Source: Candidatus Poribacteria bacterium | GTDB lineage: Bacteria; Poribacteria; WGA-4E; PCPOR2b | Length of the DNA stretch: 64,000 nucleotides | NCBI GenBank assembly: GCA_965215015.1 | Contig: OZ244042.1 | Coordinates: 3,424,001-3,488,000 of the forward strand | Direction: 5' to 3' | Shown here: positions 60,092 through 64,000 of the stretch, piece by piece | Layout of the letters: every line of letters starts with the position of its first letter | How positions within the stretch are numbered: the first letter of the stretch is position 1 | Notes under the pieces: model-generated | What the model was told of the DNA's origin: nothing | The model's database searches: none | The model's input: the letters and a program-made list of their open reading frames with translations, nothing else | Translations under genes and position numbers: made by a program

Positions 60092-61069
60092 TGATTGATG
60101 AGGGTATTTTTTATAGAAGGGAAGGCGGCTGAAAGGCAGTGATAGCGGGTTGATGACGGAATTTTTTAAGATGATTAGCTGCGGGGTGCCCATTATAAAA
60201 CGTTGATGTACTTTCCAGCAATCTGCTGAAAATTTAGGCAGCGAATCACCTAAATTTCAGGCAAGGGGGATGCACCTGAGGCCGATTCTTGTGTGCTTGA
60301 TCATGGCTTTACATTGTGCGGAGTTTTAGATATAATTGAATAACGCAGATTACCACCTGTCGCCCCGCAGGAGCAAATAAAAAAACGCAATGAGTAGATA
60401 GGGGTTTTTCTCTGAATTTAACTTACCCCCTCAGTCCCCCCAAGCAGGGGGAGGCGCAAGCGGGGGGTGTAAGCCCTGATTCCCTTGCCCTTCCAAGGGA
60501 ATGCTTACCGAATCGTGGATTCACGGTTTCATCGGGATTGGAACAAGAAACGAAACCGGAACTTTCCCTTACGAAGGGGAAGACGGGAAGCCGATTCTCT
60601 CGCTTTCGCGTTTTCTTTTTTTACGTCTTAATCCTCTGGGGGGCTTGCGTTTTATTAAAAGCCAGTAAGACTTATCCCTTAAAAATACGTAGGGCGTGAT
60701 GTGGAAGAAAAACCATCTCGATACCTTACATAACATATTTAGGTATCAGGTATCGGGTTTTCTTTGTCCCACACCCCTTTCAAATGCTACTCCGCCCCGG
60801 TAAGATCGGGGGCCCAAAGCAACTGGAGCGAAAGAAAATAGCGACATTTTTCTATAGACATATCGCTCCACTGGGGCTATAGGTCGGGCAAGATGCTCGA
60901 CCTACGGGTGTGGTGTGTTTTGACACCTATCACAAATACCCGGCACTCACCAAACTGTTCTAGGCTCAATGAACCAAGACCGGGTATTTGGGCTTTAGGC
61001 GACAACTTGAGTTATTCGATATCTGATGATTGGGACAATGGATTTTCGACTCCCACCTTAGGAGGCATC

Positions 61070-62059
61070 ATGAGTCATCCGGTAAAAATCGGTTTTGTTG
61101 GAACAGGCGGCATCGCAAATAGCCATCTCCGCAACCTTGCAGAAATGGAAAATGTGGGTATCGCAGCTCTATGTGATATTGACGAGTCGCGTGCGAATGC
61201 GGCTGTCGAAACTTACGGCGGACGAGCATACACAGATTATCGCAAGATGTTTGATGAAATGGATCTGGATGCTGTCTATTTCTGTCTACCTCCCTTCGCT
61301 CACTGCGATGCAGAAATAATCGCAGCGGAACGAGGACTTCATCTGTTCGTGCAAAAACCGGTTGTGCTAGAACTTGAGGCCGGGATTCGCATTGCGGAAG
61401 CTATTGAAAAAGCAGGCGTAATTTCCTGTGTTGGCTATCAAGGACGGTATGGCAATGTCGCAGCTGCTACGCGTGATTTCCTCAAGGATAAAACCATCGG
61501 TATGGTTGCTTGCCATCGTTGGGGAGGTGTTCCCGGGGGACCTAACCATTGGTGGCGCGTGATGGAAAAATCGGGGGGGATGCTTCATGAACAGGCAACT
61601 CACCAACTCGATATGATTCGGTACACCGCCGGTGAAATTGTCGAGGTCTATAAGATTGATGCCATGCAGATTAATGTCGATCAGGAAAATCATACGATTC
61701 CTGATGCGGAGGTAGTTACGCTTGAGTTTGAGAGTGGGGCAGTTGGTTATATTTCGACTAGTTCAGCGTTGATTAATGGTGGCGGCGGATCGCGCACCGA
61801 TTTTATCGTCGAAGGGCACTACACCGTTCAGCTCGGTTGGGGGGATGTGCGAATCGTTCCCGCAGACGCGGCGACGATTGCGGTGCCCGATGGGCAACCC
61901 TTCTCGATTGATGAGGCGTTTATCCGAGCGATTCAGACGGGGGACAGATCGGTGATCCGGTCTTCCTATGCAGATGGACTCAAATCGGCAGCGGTGTCGA
62001 TTGCTGCGAACCAATCATCGCGTGAACGTCAACCGGTGCGCGTGCCAGCGATCTCGTAG
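61070..62059 (+). CDS. Gfo/Idh/MocA family oxidoreductase
   Basis: GFVGTGGIA, HLFVQKP, SGG...EQATHQLD. Confidence 0.92.
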   Translation: MSHPVKIGFVGTGGIANSHLRNLAEMENVGIAALCDIDESRANAAVETYGGRAYTDYRKMFDEMDLDAVYFCLPPFAHCDAEIIAAERGLHLFVQKPVVLELEAGIRIAEAIEKAGVISCVGYQGRYGNVAAATRDFLKDKTIGMVACHRWGGVPGGPNHWWRVMEKSGGMLHEQATHQLDMIRYTAGEIVEVYKIDAMQINVDQENHTIPDAEVVTLEFESGAVGYISTSSALINGGGGSRTDFIVEGHYTVQLGWGDVRIVPADAATIAVPDGQPFSIDEAFIRAIQTGDRSVIRSSYADGLKSAAVSIAANQSSRERQPVRVPAIS

Positions 62060-62336
62060 GAGACAATTCATTAGGAGTTACGCAGTTGAACGTTCAAAGC
62101 CTCGTAGTAAGTAAATCGAGGTTCATATCTTGACACAAGACCGTTAATTTGCCAAGATTGACAGACATCAGGGCACCCCTTGGGGGTGCCCGCAAACATT
62201 ACAAACCGGGGATACATCATTTCGTAGGGAACGGCGATCCGCGTTCCCTAGCTCCGCTCACTAAATTGCGCGACTGCCAGCTGAAGTGCGTAACCCCTAA
62301 TTCATACTAGGAGAAATTCAATAATGGAGGTAGCGA

Positions 62337-63179
62337 ATGATTATTGACACACATACACATTTCTATGATCCAACGCGGCCCGAGGGCATACCTTGGCCCG
62401 ACCCTGACGATGACGTGCTTTATCGTCCTGTGTACCCGGAGCACCACAAGGCACTTGCCATTCCTGAAGGTGTAACTGGAACCGTCGTTGTTGAAGCGAG
62501 CACATGGGTTGAGGATAACCAATGGATACTTGACCTTGCGGAAAATGAACCATTTATTGTTGGATTTATTGGGAATTTAGACATTGACTCGGCGGATTTT
62601 GAGGGTAATCTTGAACGCTATGCCGCGAACCCACTTTTCCGGGGTGTACGGCTTCGAGGGATAGATATCGGGGCGGTTGTAAGCAGTGGAAATCTCACGA
62701 ACATTGAGCGGTTGGCTGCGAAGGATTTATCGGTAGACCTTTTATCATCGCCAGGTGATTTGCCGAGCGTCGCCGCACTAGCATCGAAAATCCCTGAACT
62801 GCGTATTGTCATTAACCATGTTGCCGGTGTGCCTATTGATGGGAAGGCACCAGATGCGGCGTGGGTTGAAGGAATGCAGAGGGCAGCGGAAAACGACCAT
62901 GTCTACTGTAAGGTATCAGGATTAGTGGAAAATACGCAAGACAAGCCCTCACCTACCGATGTGGCCTACTATGCACCGACGGTGGATGTACTGTGGGACG
63001 CATTTGGGGCGGATCGGTTGGTCTACGGAAGCAATTGGCCCGTATCTGAACGCTTTGCCGACTATGCGACGGTACAGCGCATTGTATCCCAATACTTCAA
63101 TACCAAGGGGGTCGTCGCCGCTGAGAAGTATTTTTGGAGGAATGCCACGGCGGCATACAAGTGGTTAGATCGGGGATAA
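62337..63179 (+). CDS. amidohydrolase family protein (lactonase-like)
   Basis: IIDTHTH, VINH, CKVSG, YGSNWP. Confidence 0.9.
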   Translation: MIIDTHTHFYDPTRPEGIPWPDPDDDVLYRPVYPEHHKALAIPEGVTGTVVVEASTWVEDNQWILDLAENEPFIVGFIGNLDIDSADFEGNLERYAANPLFRGVRLRGIDIGAVVSSGNLTNIERLAAKDLSVDLLSSPGDLPSVAALASKIPELRIVINHVAGVPIDGKAPDAAWVEGMQRAAENDHVYCKVSGLVENTQDKPSPTDVAYYAPTVDVLWDAFGADRLVYGSNWPVSERFADYATVQRIVSQYFNTKGVVAAEKYFWRNATAAYKWLDRG

Positions 63180-63548
63180 CTTGAAACGTTATCGTGATAC
63201 CGCGCCGTGGGTAAGGAGTGCGGCGGGTGAATCTAGGACGTGTTGACATTTTGCTGTTGCCAATTAGCAATCTGTAAAATGTTAACAATTTGTAGTATAG
63301 TCTCAACCCTGGTAAATCGGGATTTCGCTACACTCAACCTATGGATCTATATTCATATCTCAACAAAATACCCGGACTATAGCGCAACATTCCTGACGGA
63401 TTGAGTCAATCATGTGGCGCAACAGCGTCTGGTATTCTGTTGTGTAATGTTCTAGCTATCTTCGATTAATGTCAACAGAACCGAGGCACCATGAACTGAC
63501 TCGCAACCGTACGGGCTTACTCAGCCAAGACGGTCGGCGGAGAGAGGG

Positions 63549-64000
63549 CTAGGTATCTGCAAGAACTTCTCTTATACCTGCAACGATGTTATCCCGATCC
63601 GGGAATACATGGTCTTCGAGTCCGGGGCTATACGGTATCGGTACGTGCAATGCACAGACACGCTTGGGCGGTGCTTTCAGCTTTGTAAAGGTCTCCCTAT
63701 CCTCAGTGACTACAGTCACGATCTCTGCCGACGCCCCTGCGGTGGGACCCGCCTCGTCAGCGATGACCAACCTACCGGTTTTCTGCACAGAGGCACAAAT
63801 TGCTGCCTCATCCAGAGGCACGAGGGTGCGCGGATCAATGACTTCAACGGAAACGCCCTCTTTCTCAAGTGTTCTGGCTGCGGCAAGTCCCTCGTGCACG
63901 AGCCAAGCCAATGCCACCAATGTGACATCGCCCCCTTCCCGTTTGGTGTCAGCGACCCCCAATGGCACGGTGTAGTCCTCCTCCGGCACCTCACCTTCAA
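63549..64000 (-). CDS. 2-oxoacid dehydrogenase E1 beta subunit, C-terminal part
   Basis: EVIDPRTLVPLD, SVQKTGRLVI, P.PYSP.LE; 5' end lies outside the window. Confidence 0.9.
   Translation of the reverse strand, partial: EGEVPEEDYTVPLGVADTKREGGDVTLVALAWLVHEGLAAARTLEKEGVSVEVIDPRTLVPLDEAAICASVQKTGRLVIADEAGPTAGASAEIVTVVTEDRETFTKLKAPPKRVCALHVPIPYSPGLEDHVFPDRDNIVAGIREVLADT

Noticed and set aside
1-64000. tRNA/rRNA genes and self-targeting spacers
   Set aside because: None recognised by eye; tRNAscan-SE and a spacer alignment would be needed to exclude them.

Overview
Bacterial chromosomal segment. The gene repertoire (secreted esterase with a dockerin-like domain and a 'YPNPFNPETWIPFQL' C-terminal domain, PhyH+HEAT fusion, REP-rich intergenic DNA) suggests Candidatus Poribacteria; this is inference, not a database result. 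The flanks (1-28.5 kb, 48.7-64 kb) hold metabolic and housekeeping genes: birA, uxuA-like, enolase superfamily, AceE-type dehydrogenase, GH42 and two amt. The centre (28.6-47.6 kb, all minus strand) is a type I CRISPR-Cas locus: WYL regulator, cas6, cas3, cas8, cas7 (DevR type), cas5, cas1, cas2, cas4 and a 27-repeat array. Unusual features: (1) a 732-bp 'spacer' between two repeats carrying a complete tandem-HTH gene with its own RBS; (2) a one-spacer mini-CRISPR with a compensatory-mutated repeat in the cas6 5' region; (3) four copies of a collagen-lipoprotein/nucleoside-deoxyribosyltransferase cassette with a fixed hairpin end and variably truncated other end; (4) two copies of a WYL-type promoter (TGACGG-N10-TATAAT) upstream of these cassettes; (5) a probable internally translated Cas11; (6) orphan repeat fragments 25 kb from the array.
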